The translations under genes were made by a program, and so were the position numbers. Positions 26,691-35,437 of a stretch of 64,000 nt of DNA are shown here, piece by piece. The notes under the pieces are model-generated. The model ran no database searches, was not told where the DNA came from, and worked only from the letters and a program-made list of their open reading frames with translations. Origin of the DNA: Candidatus Kerfeldbacteria bacterium (GTDB taxonomy: Bacteria > Patescibacteriota > Patescibacteriia > SBBC01); NCBI GenBank assembly GCA_043799405.1, contig JAZDNT010000002.1, positions 171,320-235,319 of the forward strand, given 5' to 3'. Numbering within the stretch: position 1 is the first letter of the stretch; every line of letters starts with the position of its first letter.

Positions 26691-26719
26691 AGTGTAGGGA
26701 TTTGGTAAGAGAAGGTCAA
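26691..26719 (-). promoter_or_regulatory. Putative promoter about 160 nt upstream of tRNA-Arg
   Basis: On the minus strand: TTGACC-17 nt-TACACT. It overlaps the stop codon of the upstream DUF2079 gene. Confidence 0.4.
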
Positions 26720-28164
26720 CGCCTTGTCGCTGGATCTTCCGGCGGATCCGGTATGTAGCTTGTGTCGTCGCGCAGGAAGATCGTTAGGGGACCATCCGAC
26801 TGAATGAGTTTCCAGGAGGCGTCGTTCCGGTACTGTTCTTGTCGAATTGATATGTCAGCGGAAGAAAGAGGGAATGATGGTGCCCGAGGATCGAGCACAA
26901 TCCACTGTGCATCGCGTATCCGTGGGTACCGGTAGATCGTGTTCCGTTCGGAAAGATGAGGAACGAACGCGTCTAGCGCGGAAACGCTCGCGTCAGACGG
27001 GATCGTCGAAAGGGCTTTGTTCCACATGGCTGTCGGACGTTCGGAAACGGACGGATTCCAGAGGATCCGGATCGAGCCTGTGCGCGTATGGACGAACAGC
27101 GTTCCGGCGAGCATAAGTGCGGCGACTGCCGTTGTCCATACCGGTTGCCACCATCGCCGTCGAGACAGCACCGAGAGCGTATAGAGCGAAGCGACGGCCA
27201 TGACCGCGACAGGCATGATCTGATAGTGGAATTGGAACAGCCAGAGCGTCGGGAGATCCGACCAGAAGCGTTCTGCGAACGTGATGAGGAGGAGCGGCAG
27301 CGTCGTTATCGATAAGAGCGGCATAAAAGCGAACGAGCCGAGCATGAGGAGCATGGTCTGTATCTTTTCAGACGAATCAGCGAACGCACTGATGAATCGT
27401 AGTGGGTGATGCAGGAACGTGAACGGAAGGCGCAACGGGCTTGCGGCAAGATGGCGGTACTGGTCCCAGTACGGGAATCCCTGCCCCGATGAGAATGCGG
27501 GGATTACAAAGAGCGTAATGAGGAGGTACGCTGTGACGCTTGCGGTAAGCGTAATGAGCGCTGGACGCCACCATTTTCGAATGAGGAATGCAAAACCAAT
27601 ACCTGCAGCGTACACTGCGAGCGATTCCTTTGTTAGGATGAGAAGCGCGAGCGTTACGGTAAACCATAGCCATCGTTTCTTTTCGGCGAATAGGAACGAG
27701 GCAACAAAGAGCGGCAGAGCGAACGCGAGCTCATGAAAATCAAAACCGAGCGCGGTCGTGAGCCCCGGATTGATCCCGACCGCGAGTGTTATGACTGCTG
27801 ACGGCCATTCGGGGATCCGGAGCTGCCGCGCCAACAGGAAGAGCAGAGGAATTACGGCAGCAAAGAGCAGCGCCTGTATAACGAGCAAGACATACGGCGA
27901 CGGAACGACGCGGTAGACCGGCGCGATAAGAAGGAGGATCGGATGGAAGTGGTCGCCGAAGAGGTTCGTAAGTCCCCGGACCGTGCTCGCGGGAGCCTCG
28001 AGGTGCGAGAGGTGCCAGACCGCCTGGTCGAAGATGCCAAGGTCGAACGCGTGCGTTTCGTAGTGCGAATGATGCCAGCAGGAAAATACGACGTTCACCG
28101 ATGCGATAAGAATCGTCGCAATGACGATGACCCACGTTGAAACCTTGAATTTTGGAAGCGTCAT
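26716..28164 (-). CDS. DUF2079-family polytopic membrane protein
   Basis: The N-terminal motif HAFDLGIFDQAVWH..FGDHFHPILL is followed by more than 10 TM segments. Confidence 0.8.
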   Translation of the reverse strand: MTLPKFKVSTWVIVIATILIASVNVVFSCWHHSHYETHAFDLGIFDQAVWHLSHLEAPASTVRGLTNLFGDHFHPILLLIAPVYRVVPSPYVLLVIQALLFAAVIPLLFLLARQLRIPEWPSAVITLAVGINPGLTTALGFDFHELAFALPLFVASFLFAEKKRWLWFTVTLALLILTKESLAVYAAGIGFAFLIRKWWRPALITLTASVTAYLLITLFVIPAFSSGQGFPYWDQYRHLAASPLRLPFTFLHHPLRFISAFADSSEKIQTMLLMLGSFAFMPLLSITTLPLLLITFAERFWSDLPTLWLFQFHYQIMPVAVMAVASLYTLSVLSRRRWWQPVWTTAVAALMLAGTLFVHTRTGSIRILWNPSVSERPTAMWNKALSTIPSDASVSALDAFVPHLSERNTIYRYPRIRDAQWIVLDPRAPSFPLSSADISIRQEQYRNDASWKLIQSDGPLTIFLRDDTSYIPDPPEDPATRR

Positions 28165-28337
28165 GACTTATTGCTGCAATGTCGTCAGTGGAACGTTTTG
28201 TATAGGAATGGCGTCGCGCCATTGAGGATCGCCACATCCTTCTCCGAGCGAAGCGAGGAGTCCCGCAGACCTCGGGACCCCCTCACTAACGTTCAGGGAT
28301 GGAATGAAGCACAATGAGGCGCGACGGGAATGCTTGA

Positions 28338-29390
28338 TCATTTTGATCTCCTTCTCCGTCCATGGAAGGCTTTATATACGTCACGTAATTGTTGATTGGT
28401 GACATGAGTATATATTTGAGTTGTCGTTATCGATGCGTGACCGAGCATTGCCTGCACCGAACGAATGTCCGCGCCGTTAATAAGGAGATCGGTCGCATAG
28501 CTATGTCGGAGCGTATGTGGCGTGATGCGCTTGTTCACGCCGGCGAGCTTCGCGTACATTGCAACGAGCCGCTGGATGCTGCGGGGCGTGAGTCCCGTTA
28601 GAAGCCCTCGTTGAGAAATGCTATGAGACGAATATTGAGTACGCACTTTATTTTTAGTAGCTTCTAACGGGATGAGTTCGTTAATTTCGGACGATCTCGC
28701 AGCAGCGTGGTCGTGACGGATGAACAACGCCTTGTGGTCGTCGCGCCGGGCATTCAAGTACTCGCCGATGAAGTGCCGCGCGTGGTTCGAAAGGAAGACG
28801 ACGCGGTACTTCCCGCCCTTGCCGCGGACCGTGAACTCGTCCTTATTAAGGTTTAGCTCATCGCGCGAGAGCCGCGATAGCTCGGAAACGCGCAAGCCGG
28901 TCGAAAACAGCAGCTCGAGGATCGCCTTGTCGCGGAGCTTGATGATCTCAGGTTCCTTCGTCTTGAGTGGCGCTTCGAGCAGTCGCTCAAGGTCATCCCC
29001 CTCGATGAAGTTCACCTGCCGTTCGGATGTTTTTGCAAGCTCTATCTTTTCCGGGGCAAGCGTAGTAACGTCGTTCTTCGCGAGGTACTTTAAGAAAGAC
29101 CTGAGCGCGATCAGGTGATAGTTCTGCGTTGACTTTGTAAGGCGCTCGCCGCGGTTGTTCAACTGCTGGTTGAGATACAGACGGAAGTCACGGACATCGT
29201 CGAGCGTTATATCCGAAGGCTTTGTTAATTTCGAGTATGCGAGAAAACGCGTAAGGTAAAATTCGTAGTTGCGTTTCGTAAGTTCCGACGCGCCGCGTTC
29301 GACCACGAGCGAGGTGAGGTACCGTTTCACCCACCGCTCAAGCTCGGACGACGTGCCGCCCTCCTTTTTCTGTATCTGGTTGTCTACCAT
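28338..29390 (-). CDS. Tyrosine recombinase, XerC/XerD family
   Basis: The C-terminal catalytic region reads TPHTLRHSYATDLLINGADIRSVQAMLGHASITTTQIYTHV. The N-terminus has an SAM-like core-binding domain. Confidence 0.9.
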   Translation of the reverse strand: MVDNQIQKKEGGTSSELERWVKRYLTSLVVERGASELTKRNYEFYLTRFLAYSKLTKPSDITLDDVRDFRLYLNQQLNNRGERLTKSTQNYHLIALRSFLKYLAKNDVTTLAPEKIELAKTSERQVNFIEGDDLERLLEAPLKTKEPEIIKLRDKAILELLFSTGLRVSELSRLSRDELNLNKDEFTVRGKGGKYRVVFLSNHARHFIGEYLNARRDDHKALFIRHDHAAARSSEINELIPLEATKNKVRTQYSSHSISQRGLLTGLTPRSIQRLVAMYAKLAGVNKRITPHTLRHSYATDLLINGADIRSVQAMLGHASITTTQIYTHVTNQQLRDVYKAFHGRRRRSK

Positions 29391-29440
29391 GATGATATTT
29401 TACGACACTTGGCATTTTTATTCAATTTGCATACGTGAAC

Positions 29441-29473
29441 CCGCCCACCCTCGTGAAGAATGAGAGTGGGCGG
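29441..29473 (-). terminator. Hairpin downstream of 29503..29958
   Basis: CCGCCCAC-17 nt-GTGGGCGG. Confidence 0.5.
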
Positions 29474-29502
29474 TAGTGCGCTGTGCGCCATGTGCCATAC
29501 GG

Positions 29503-29958
29503 CTAGAACCGAGCCGGGATCGTCTTGTCGAACCTGACGAGGAAGGTAATGGCGCGTCGTCCTCCACGCCTCCGTGTCTTCAGGACGGTCGTACTGACGA
29601 CGATGCCCTGCATGCGGAAGCCGTGCTTCACGGCGGTCTCGCAGGTCTGGTCGTCATCGGCGAGCGGAGCAGGCCGGGGTCGGCTCAGGATGGTCTGGCG
29701 TTCCCACCATGGGACCCCACTGAGGTCGGGCTCCGGCGGCGAAAGGCCGGCCTCCGGGAACGAGCAGATCAGCCGGACCGGCGTGTCGGGCCGCTGCAGC
29801 ATCTGGTCCCGATGGAACTCATAGAACCTCGCAGACGCGTGACCAGGGTGTACGGAGAGCTGGGTGTCGGTCACCTCTCCCTGGGTCATTGAACGTACTT
29901 GTTTCTCGCGCTCCCTGCGCGCGCGGTTTGCCCTGCGGCGCATCGTTCCTGTCTTCAT
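29503..29958 (-). CDS. Hypothetical basic protein (151 aa), high GC
   Basis: AAGGGGGA RBS 7 nt upstream of the ATG, and its own downstream hairpin. The opposite-strand ORFs overlapping it lack signals. Confidence 0.5.
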   Translation of the reverse strand: MKTGTMRRRANRARREREKQVRSMTQGEVTDTQLSVHPGHASARFYEFHRDQMLQRPDTPVRLICSFPEAGLSPPEPDLSGVPWWERQTILSRPRPAPLADDDQTCETAVKHGFRMQGIVVSTTVLKTRRRGGRRAITFLVRFDKTIPARF

Positions 29959-30154
29959 GAGGATCCCCCTTGGGCTGACTGCGAATTCGTGGACGAGTTC
30001 GTCGCTATCCGAAAGCGTGGTTGATGAGTTCTGCTATACCGTGACGAAATGAGCGAATGATCTCTACTACGTTAACGCTGCACGCAGAACCTATCGGATG
30101 CAATGGGAGATGTCAAATCGATCGTTTTTGAATCGTAGGCACCTTCGCATTTGT

Positions 30155-30226
30155 TGTCATTCCGAACTCGTTTCGGAATCTACATTACTGGAAAATTGAG
30201 ACCCTGAAACGAGTTCAGGGTGACAA
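30155..30226. repeat. Dual-hairpin MITE-like mini-repeat, copy 2
   Basis: TGTCATTCCGAACTCGTTTCGGAAT ... ACCCTGAAACGAGTTCAGGGTGACAA, co-linear with 12725..12796. Confidence 0.7.
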
Positions 30227-30241
30227 CTGTGGCGAATGATA

Positions 30242-30270
30242 TTGACAATTCTACAAGCGAATGGTAGACT
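30242..30270 (+). promoter_or_regulatory. Sigma-70-like promoter of the rpsO operon
   Basis: TTGACA-17 nt-TAGACT, about 105 nt upstream of rpsO. Confidence 0.55.
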
Positions 30271-30376
30271 CTCTCCATTCAATATTCACTTGATAACACA
30301 ACTACGGCCACTTGGCCACCTTCGCATGGCATGCTACGGTGACTCGGTGACCGCGGACGTATAGAAAGGAACGCGC

Positions 30377-30646
30377 ATGCCGTTAGAGAAAAACGCAAAA
30401 AACCGTATCATCAAAAAGTTCAAGACACACGAAGGCGATACCGGATCGCCCGAGGTTCAGATTGCTATTTTGTCTGCCGAGATCGAGCAGCTGACCAATC
30501 ACCTCAAGGATCACAAGAAGGACTTTTCTTCGCGTCGCGGACTGCTCCGCAAGGTCGGGCTCCGTCGGCGCCTCTTTCGTTACCTGCAGAAAGAGAACCC
30601 GAACGCATCTGTGAGCATGGCTGAGAAGCTAAAGTTGAAGCTCTAA
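30377..30646 (+). CDS. rpsO: 30S ribosomal protein S15
   Basis: [50 protein letters not shown]. Confidence 0.95.
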   Translation: MPLEKNAKNRIIKKFKTHEGDTGSPEVQIAILSAEIEQLTNHLKDHKKDFSSRRGLLRKVGLRRRLFRYLQKENPNASVSMAEKLKLKL

Positions 30647-30650
30647 GCAT

Positions 30651-31232
30651 ATGGACGCTAAAGCATCAAAGCACAAGGAGCAGCGCGTCGGCGTGTTCGT
30701 CGACGGATCGAACATGTACCATTCGTCGAAGGCGCTGTACCAGACGAACGTCAACTTCGGGAAGATACTCGAGCAGGCGGTCGCGGGGCGAAGGCTCGTC
30801 CGTGCGATCGCGTATGTGATAAAATCCTCTGCCTCGAACGAAGAGCAGACGTTCTTCGATGCGCTTGAAAAGCAGGGCTTCGAAGTGAAGTCGAAGGATC
30901 TTCAGGTGTTCTCGAGCGGGGCGAAGAAGGGCGACTGGGACGTCGGGATCACGGTCGATGCGATAAAGATCGCGGACCGGCTCGATACGGTCGTTCTCGT
31001 TTCCGGCGACGGGGACTTTACGCCGCTCGTTGAGTTCCTCCAGATGACGAAGGGATGCAGGGTCGAGATCATGGCGTTCGGCGAGTCTGCGGCGCTCCGC
31101 CTCAAGGAGAGGGCCGACGAATTTATAGACATTTCTTCGGACCGTAAGACGTTTCTGCTCCCTATCCGACCGTTCCGCCGCTTCAGCAGAGGGAATCGCC
31201 CTCAGGGGCAGCCGCAGGGAGATCGTCAGTAG
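30651..31232 (+). CDS. NYN-domain (LabA/DUF88-like) putative ribonuclease
   Basis: RVGVFVDGSNMYH ... GDWDVGITVDA ... VVLVSGDGDFTPLVEFLQ. It starts 4 nt after the rpsO stop. Confidence 0.8.
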   Translation: MDAKASKHKEQRVGVFVDGSNMYHSSKALYQTNVNFGKILEQAVAGRRLVRAIAYVIKSSASNEEQTFFDALEKQGFEVKSKDLQVFSSGAKKGDWDVGITVDAIKIADRLDTVVLVSGDGDFTPLVEFLQMTKGCRVEIMAFGESAALRLKERADEFIDISSDRKTFLLPIRPFRRFSRGNRPQGQPQGDRQ

Positions 31233-31252
31233 CATCACTTATTAATTTTCTG

Positions 31253-31332
31253 ACCGGTAGACCGATAGACTATACCAGCTGTGCCCAGTACCACTTACCA
31301 CGTTTGGGTACCGGGTAAACTGATAGTCTAGA
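31253..31332 (+). promoter_or_regulatory. Long imperfect hairpin in the pnp 5' leader
   Basis: GATAGACTA..TAGTCTA and CCCAGTACC..GGTACCGGG pairings enclose a 13-nt loop. An RNase III-type leader stem is known for E. coli pnp; any analogy here is only inferred. Confidence 0.35.
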
Positions 31333-31365
31333 GCCTGCCGGCCAGGAGAACAGAAAGGATCAGTT

Positions 31366-33738
31366 GTGAACGAACAATTCTCTACAGAGCTCGGTGGCCG
31401 AACATTGACCATCGAGACGGGCCAGTTCGCCGCCCAAGCGAACGGCAGCGTAACCGTGCGCTACGGCGACACGGTCGTATTGGGCACCGCCGTAATGAGC
31501 AAGGAGATCCGCGAGGGTATGGATTACTTTCCGCTCCTCGTCGATTACGAAGAGAGGCTCTATGCGGCAGGGAAGATCAAGGGTTCCCGGTTCATCAAGC
31601 GCGAAGGTCGCCCATCCGATGAAGCGATCCTGACGGCGCGGCTCGTCGACCGGTCGATCCGACCGCTGTTCGACAATACTGCGCGGAACGATGTTCAGGT
31701 CGTCATTACGGTTCTGTCGGTCGATCAGGAGAACGATCCTGACATCGTCGCGCTCATTGCCGCTTCTGCTGCGCTCGCGGTCTCCGATGTTCCCTGGAAG
31801 GGTCCGATCGGTGCCGTTCGCATCGGACGCATCAACGGCGAGTGGGCGCTGAATCCGACGTACGCAGCGCGCGAGAAGAGCGAGATCGACCTCGTGCTTG
31901 CCGGAACGAAAGAAGAACACATCATGATCGAGGCAATGGCGAACGAGGTCACGGAAGAAATAGCGCTCGGCGCGCTCGAGTTCGGTCAGAAGTGGGTGAA
32001 ACAGGTGATCGAGCTCATCGAGAAGGTCGTCGCGAAGGTTGGCCGTGAGAAAGCATCGTTCGATATCGTTGAGCTCACTGACGAGGAAAAGGCCGCATCC
32101 GTGAAGGTCGAGAAGAAGGTACGGGCATTCGCAAAGGACAAGCTCCGCGATGTCGTTATGACGAAAGATAAGATGGAACGCGAGGAGAAACTTACGTCGC
32201 TTACAAAGGAACTCGAAGAGACGCTTAAAGCGGATAACGACGTAACAAAAGAACAGCGTGCGCAGGGACTGACTATCCTGAACTCGCTCCTCGAGGAAGA
32301 AACGCGCCGTCTCGTTCTCGAGGAAAACAAGCGCGTTGACGGGCGAGCCCTCGACGAGATCCGTCCCCTTTCTGCAGCTGCTGGAATACTTCCGCGTACG
32401 CACGGAAGCGGCCTGTTCCAGCGCGGCGAGACGCAGGTGCTATCGATCGTTACGCTAGGCTCCCCCGGCGACGAACAGCTGCTCGACACTATGGAGCTTT
32501 CGGGCAAGAAGCGCTACATGCACCACTACAACTTTCCCGGCTTCTCGACCGGCGAGGTCAAACCGATTAGGACTCCCGGACGCCGGGAAATAGGGCATGG
32601 CGCGCTTGCGGAAAAGGCCCTTCTGCCCGTTCTGCCGCAAAAAGAGCAGTTTCCGTACACAATCCGCGTAGTTTCCGAGGTTTTAAGCTCGAACGGCTCG
32701 ACGTCGCAGGCCTCTATCTGCGGCTCGACGCTTGCGCTCATGGATGCCGGGGTGCCGATCGCTTCCCCAGTTGCTGGCATATCAATGGGGCTCATTACCG
32801 ACCTTAAAACCAAGAAGTACAAGATCCTGACCGATATTCAGGGGCTTGAGGATCACTACGGAGACATGGACTACAAAGTCGCAGGGACAAAGAAGGGCAT
32901 CACGATCATTCAGCTCGACATAAAACTCGGAAGCATTCCGTACAAGGTTTCGGTCGAGGCACTCGAGGGCGCGAAAAAGGCGAGAGCGAAGATACTCGAC
33001 GTGATCACGCAGGCGATCGCCGAACCGCGTAAGGAACTCTCACCCTACGCGCCGCGCATCGTGTCGATCCAGATCGATCCGGAAAAGATCCGCGAGGTCA
33101 TTGGTAAGGGCGGCGAGACGATCAACAAGATCATCGATGAGTGCGGTGGGCAAGACGTCACGAAGATCGACATCGAGGATTCAGGGTTAGTCATGGTCAC
33201 CTCGCACTTGAAGGAAATGTCTGATCGTGCGCTCACGTGGATCCAGAATCTGACGCGCGAGATCCAGCCCGGCGAGATCATCGAGGGGACCGTATCGAAG
33301 ATCGTAACGGACCGCATGAGCGGTAAGGAGATCGGCGCGGTCGTCGACCTGTATCCCGGCAAGGACGGCATGGTGCACATTTCCGAACTCTCCCCTCGGC
33401 GCGTGAACGTTGTCGGCGATGTCGTGAAGATCGGCGATAAGGTTAAAGTGAAGGTGCTCGAGGTCGACAAAGAGCGAGGACGCATTTCGTTGTCGATAAA
33501 GCAGCTCGATCCTTCTTACGATCCTGCGAACGACGTGCGCCGCCCAGACCGCGGTCCGCGTAATGGCGGGTTCGGCGGAGGCCGTGGTTTCCGTGATGAC
33601 CGAAGGGGACCACCGCGCCGCGGAGGTTTCCGTGATGACCGAAGGGGACCACCGCGAGGATACGATCGCGGTCCCCGTCGAGACGAGGGTCCGACGATCG
33701 ATCCGTTGAAGCCAATGGACGATCTTGGATTGAAATAG
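31366..33738 (+). CDS. pnp: Polyribonucleotide nucleotidyltransferase (PNPase) with C-terminal Arg/Gly-rich tail
   Basis: Two RNase PH domains (TGQFAAQANGSV.., GRREIGHGALAEKAL), KH (GKGGETINKI) and S1 (GEIIEGTVSKIV). GTG start after AAAGGA. The tail reads GGFGGGRGFRDDRRGPPRRGGFRDDRRGPPRGYDRGPRRD. Confidence 0.95.
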   Translation: MNEQFSTELGGRTLTIETGQFAAQANGSVTVRYGDTVVLGTAVMSKEIREGMDYFPLLVDYEERLYAAGKIKGSRFIKREGRPSDEAILTARLVDRSIRPLFDNTARNDVQVVITVLSVDQENDPDIVALIAASAALAVSDVPWKGPIGAVRIGRINGEWALNPTYAAREKSEIDLVLAGTKEEHIMIEAMANEVTEEIALGALEFGQKWVKQVIELIEKVVAKVGREKASFDIVELTDEEKAASVKVEKKVRAFAKDKLRDVVMTKDKMEREEKLTSLTKELEETLKADNDVTKEQRAQGLTILNSLLEEETRRLVLEENKRVDGRALDEIRPLSAAAGILPRTHGSGLFQRGETQVLSIVTLGSPGDEQLLDTMELSGKKRYMHHYNFPGFSTGEVKPIRTPGRREIGHGALAEKALLPVLPQKEQFPYTIRVVSEVLSSNGSTSQASICGSTLALMDAGVPIASPVAGISMGLITDLKTKKYKILTDIQGLEDHYGDMDYKVAGTKKGITIIQLDIKLGSIPYKVSVEALEGAKKARAKILDVITQAIAEPRKELSPYAPRIVSIQIDPEKIREVIGKGGETINKIIDECGGQDVTKIDIEDSGLVMVTSHLKEMSDRALTWIQNLTREIQPGEIIEGTVSKIVTDRMSGKEIGAVVDLYPGKDGMVHISELSPRRVNVVGDVVKIGDKVKVKVLEVDKERGRISLSIKQLDPSYDPANDVRRPDRGPRNGGFGGGRGFRDDRRGPPRRGGFRDDRRGPPRGYDRGPRRDEGPTIDPLKPMDDLGLK
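33586..33656 (+). repeat. Tandem 39-nt repeat inside the pnp tail
   Basis: GGTTTCCGTGATGACCGAAGGGGACCACCGCG occurs twice (33586-33617 and 33625-33656), encoding GFRDDRRGPPR twice. Confidence 0.9.
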
Positions 33739-33749
33739 ATGCATATTGG

Positions 33750-33779
33750 AAGCGCCCCGGTCGTACGACCGGGGCGCTT
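33750..33779 (+). terminator. pnp terminator hairpin
   Basis: AAGCGCCCCGGTCG-TA-CGACCGGGGCGCTT. Confidence 0.7.
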
Positions 33780-33802
33780 ATGTATTGTGGTACACTAATC
33801 TC

Positions 33803-34390
33803 ATGATCATCACCTTCGGCGGCATGCCGGGATCAGGGAAGAGTACGATTGCAGAACGACTGGCACGGGCGCTGGGGTACCGTCGTTATTATATGGGACA
33901 GATCATGCGCGATATCGCTAAGAAGAGAGGGATGACCATGGACGAGTTCGGAAAGCTCTGTGAAAAGGATCCAAAGGTTGACCGCGAGGTCGATGCGTAT
34001 CAGGCGCGCCTCGGGAAGCGGTACACAAACCTCGTGGTCGAAGGGCGCACGTCATACTACTTCATTCCCCATTCGGTTAAGATCTTCCTGTCGGTTTCTA
34101 TGCGAGAAGGGGCGCGCCGTATCATGAACGTTCTGAAAAAAAGGAACGACCGGAACGAGATCCGCCGCGTCGGGACACTTCCGACCCTCGAACGGTCGAT
34201 CAAGAGGAGGATGGTGAGTGAACGGAGGAGATACCGGAAGTGGTTCCGTATAAACCCATTTAACAAAAAAAACTACGACCTCTACCTCGACACAACGACG
34301 CTCACCGTCGATCAGGTGTACCAGCGCGTTGCCGATTTCCTTGTGGAAAAAGGCCTCGTAACGCTCAGAAAAAAGGGTAGGACAGCATAA
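33803..34390 (+). CDS. cmk: Cytidylate kinase, archaeal/short type
   Basis: MIITFGGMPGSGKSTIAERLARALGY..MGQIMRDIAKKRGMTMDEFGKLCEKDPKVDREVD. The start is the internal ATG of track ORF 33746..34390. Confidence 0.75.
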   Translation: MIITFGGMPGSGKSTIAERLARALGYRRYYMGQIMRDIAKKRGMTMDEFGKLCEKDPKVDREVDAYQARLGKRYTNLVVEGRTSYYFIPHSVKIFLSVSMREGARRIMNVLKKRNDRNEIRRVGTLPTLERSIKRRMVSERRRYRKWFRINPFNKKNYDLYLDTTTLTVDQVYQRVADFLVEKGLVTLRKKGRTA

Positions 34391-34425
34391 ATAACTTAGT
34401 AATTTTGTTCTTTGCCTCGTTTATA

Positions 34426-34454
34426 TTGACATGGGCTATTTTTAGTGCTATACT
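34426..34454 (+). promoter_or_regulatory. Near-consensus sigma-70 promoter with no ORF behind it
   Basis: TTGACA-17 nt-TATACT. Confidence 0.6.
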
Positions 34455-34460
34455 TGCGCT

Positions 34461-34878
34461 ATCTCTCGTTAACAAAGCATGTTTCTAGGGATGGTCGTTA
34501 TGCCTGCGTTACGATGTCGCCGTAGCTCGAGCTTCTCGACTATCCGAATATGGGGTCCGAGCCCCTGTAAAAAACAAAACAAAATGGTGAATCCTATATG
34601 CCTACGTGGTATATGGGTGTCACCGGAAGGACGGTCGAGATACACGCTCATTGAACAACTCGGAAGTCAAAGAGCAATGGCTTTTCAGGCCTTGATCGCC
34701 ACGCCTGCCACTTCGCGCATCGGTTTGTAAACTGAATGGATGCGCAGAGTGGCGGGAGTGACGTTAGCCCGAAGAGCTTTGGGCGCGTTATGCCTTACAT
34801 TTTCAATCCCGTGATTACGGGAAGGGGCGCTTAACGCGCCCTTTCCATATCCGAAAAATATGATAGGCTTCAAAAAGT
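34461..34878 (+). ncRNA. Candidate unclassified structured RNA or long leader upstream of lspA
   Basis: About 410 nt with no convincing ORF. It has several strong hairpins (CCTATATGCC/GGTATATGGG; CGCCTGCCACTTCGCGCATC/GATGCGCAGAGTGGCGGG; GGAAGGGGCGC/GCGCCCTTTCC) and an A-rich linker. Confidence 0.35.
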
Positions 34879-35346
34879 ATGAAGCAACGCACCGCCGCGC
34901 TACTGACCGTCGGTTTCGGATTTATCCTCTTTTGCATTGATAGGGCACTGAAACAGCTCGCACTTGCCGGAACTACCCTCGGGCCCGCTCACGGAGGGGT
35001 GCGATTCGAGTTTTTCCAGAATCCGGCTATCGCGTTCAGCATCGCGTTCCCAAAAACACTTTCCATCGTGCTCATACCGGTCGTGCTCGGACTTTTCATG
35101 TTCGTAGCGTTGTACTGGTACCGGAAAAATGACGTCGTTCGCTCTTCTGTTTTATTCGTCCTCATCATGGCGGCATTCAGCAACTATCTCGACAGGCTGC
35201 AGCACGGGTACGTCATCGATTACGTGAGCGTCGGTGACTGGTTCCCCGTTTTTAATGTGAGCGATCTGGTCATCGTTTTCGCACTGATCGTAATCGTGGC
35301 GAGTGGATGGGCGGAGAAGCGGAAAAAAACGCTTGAACACAAGTAG
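34879..35346 (+). CDS. lspA: Lipoprotein signal peptidase II
   Basis: NYLDRL..GYVIDYVSV..FPVFNVSDL within four TM segments. Confidence 0.88.
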   Translation: MKQRTAALLTVGFGFILFCIDRALKQLALAGTTLGPAHGGVRFEFFQNPAIAFSIAFPKTLSIVLIPVVLGLFMFVALYWYRKNDVVRSSVLFVLIMAAFSNYLDRLQHGYVIDYVSVGDWFPVFNVSDLVIVFALIVIVASGWAEKRKKTLEHK

Positions 35347-35437
35347 TGTTCGTCTTTTTACTATGCGCGTTTGACAGGGCGCGTATAATGATGTAGTGTT
35401 TTGTTGACGAACGGTGGCGCGAACCCACCGTTATTTT

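Noticed and set aside
28338-29390. The Xer-family recombinase as the integrase of the tRNA-His or tRNA-Arg associated accessory DNA.
   Set aside because: It has the architecture of a housekeeping XerC/D and lies 2-5 kb away from both tRNAs, with core genes in between. No att-like repeats flank it. A link cannot be supported from sequence alone.
34461-34878. Identification of the promoter-driven non-coding region as RNase P RNA, tmRNA, SRP RNA or 6S RNA.
   Set aside because: I found none of the signatures. There is no GGAAAGTCCGGGC/ACAGAA..GGCTTA (RNase P) and no GGGG..TTCGAC 5' end, T-arm or CCACCA 3' end (tmRNA). There is no GGAAGCAGCC-type helix-8 motif (SRP) and no end-to-end complementarity (6S). 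It stays unclassified.
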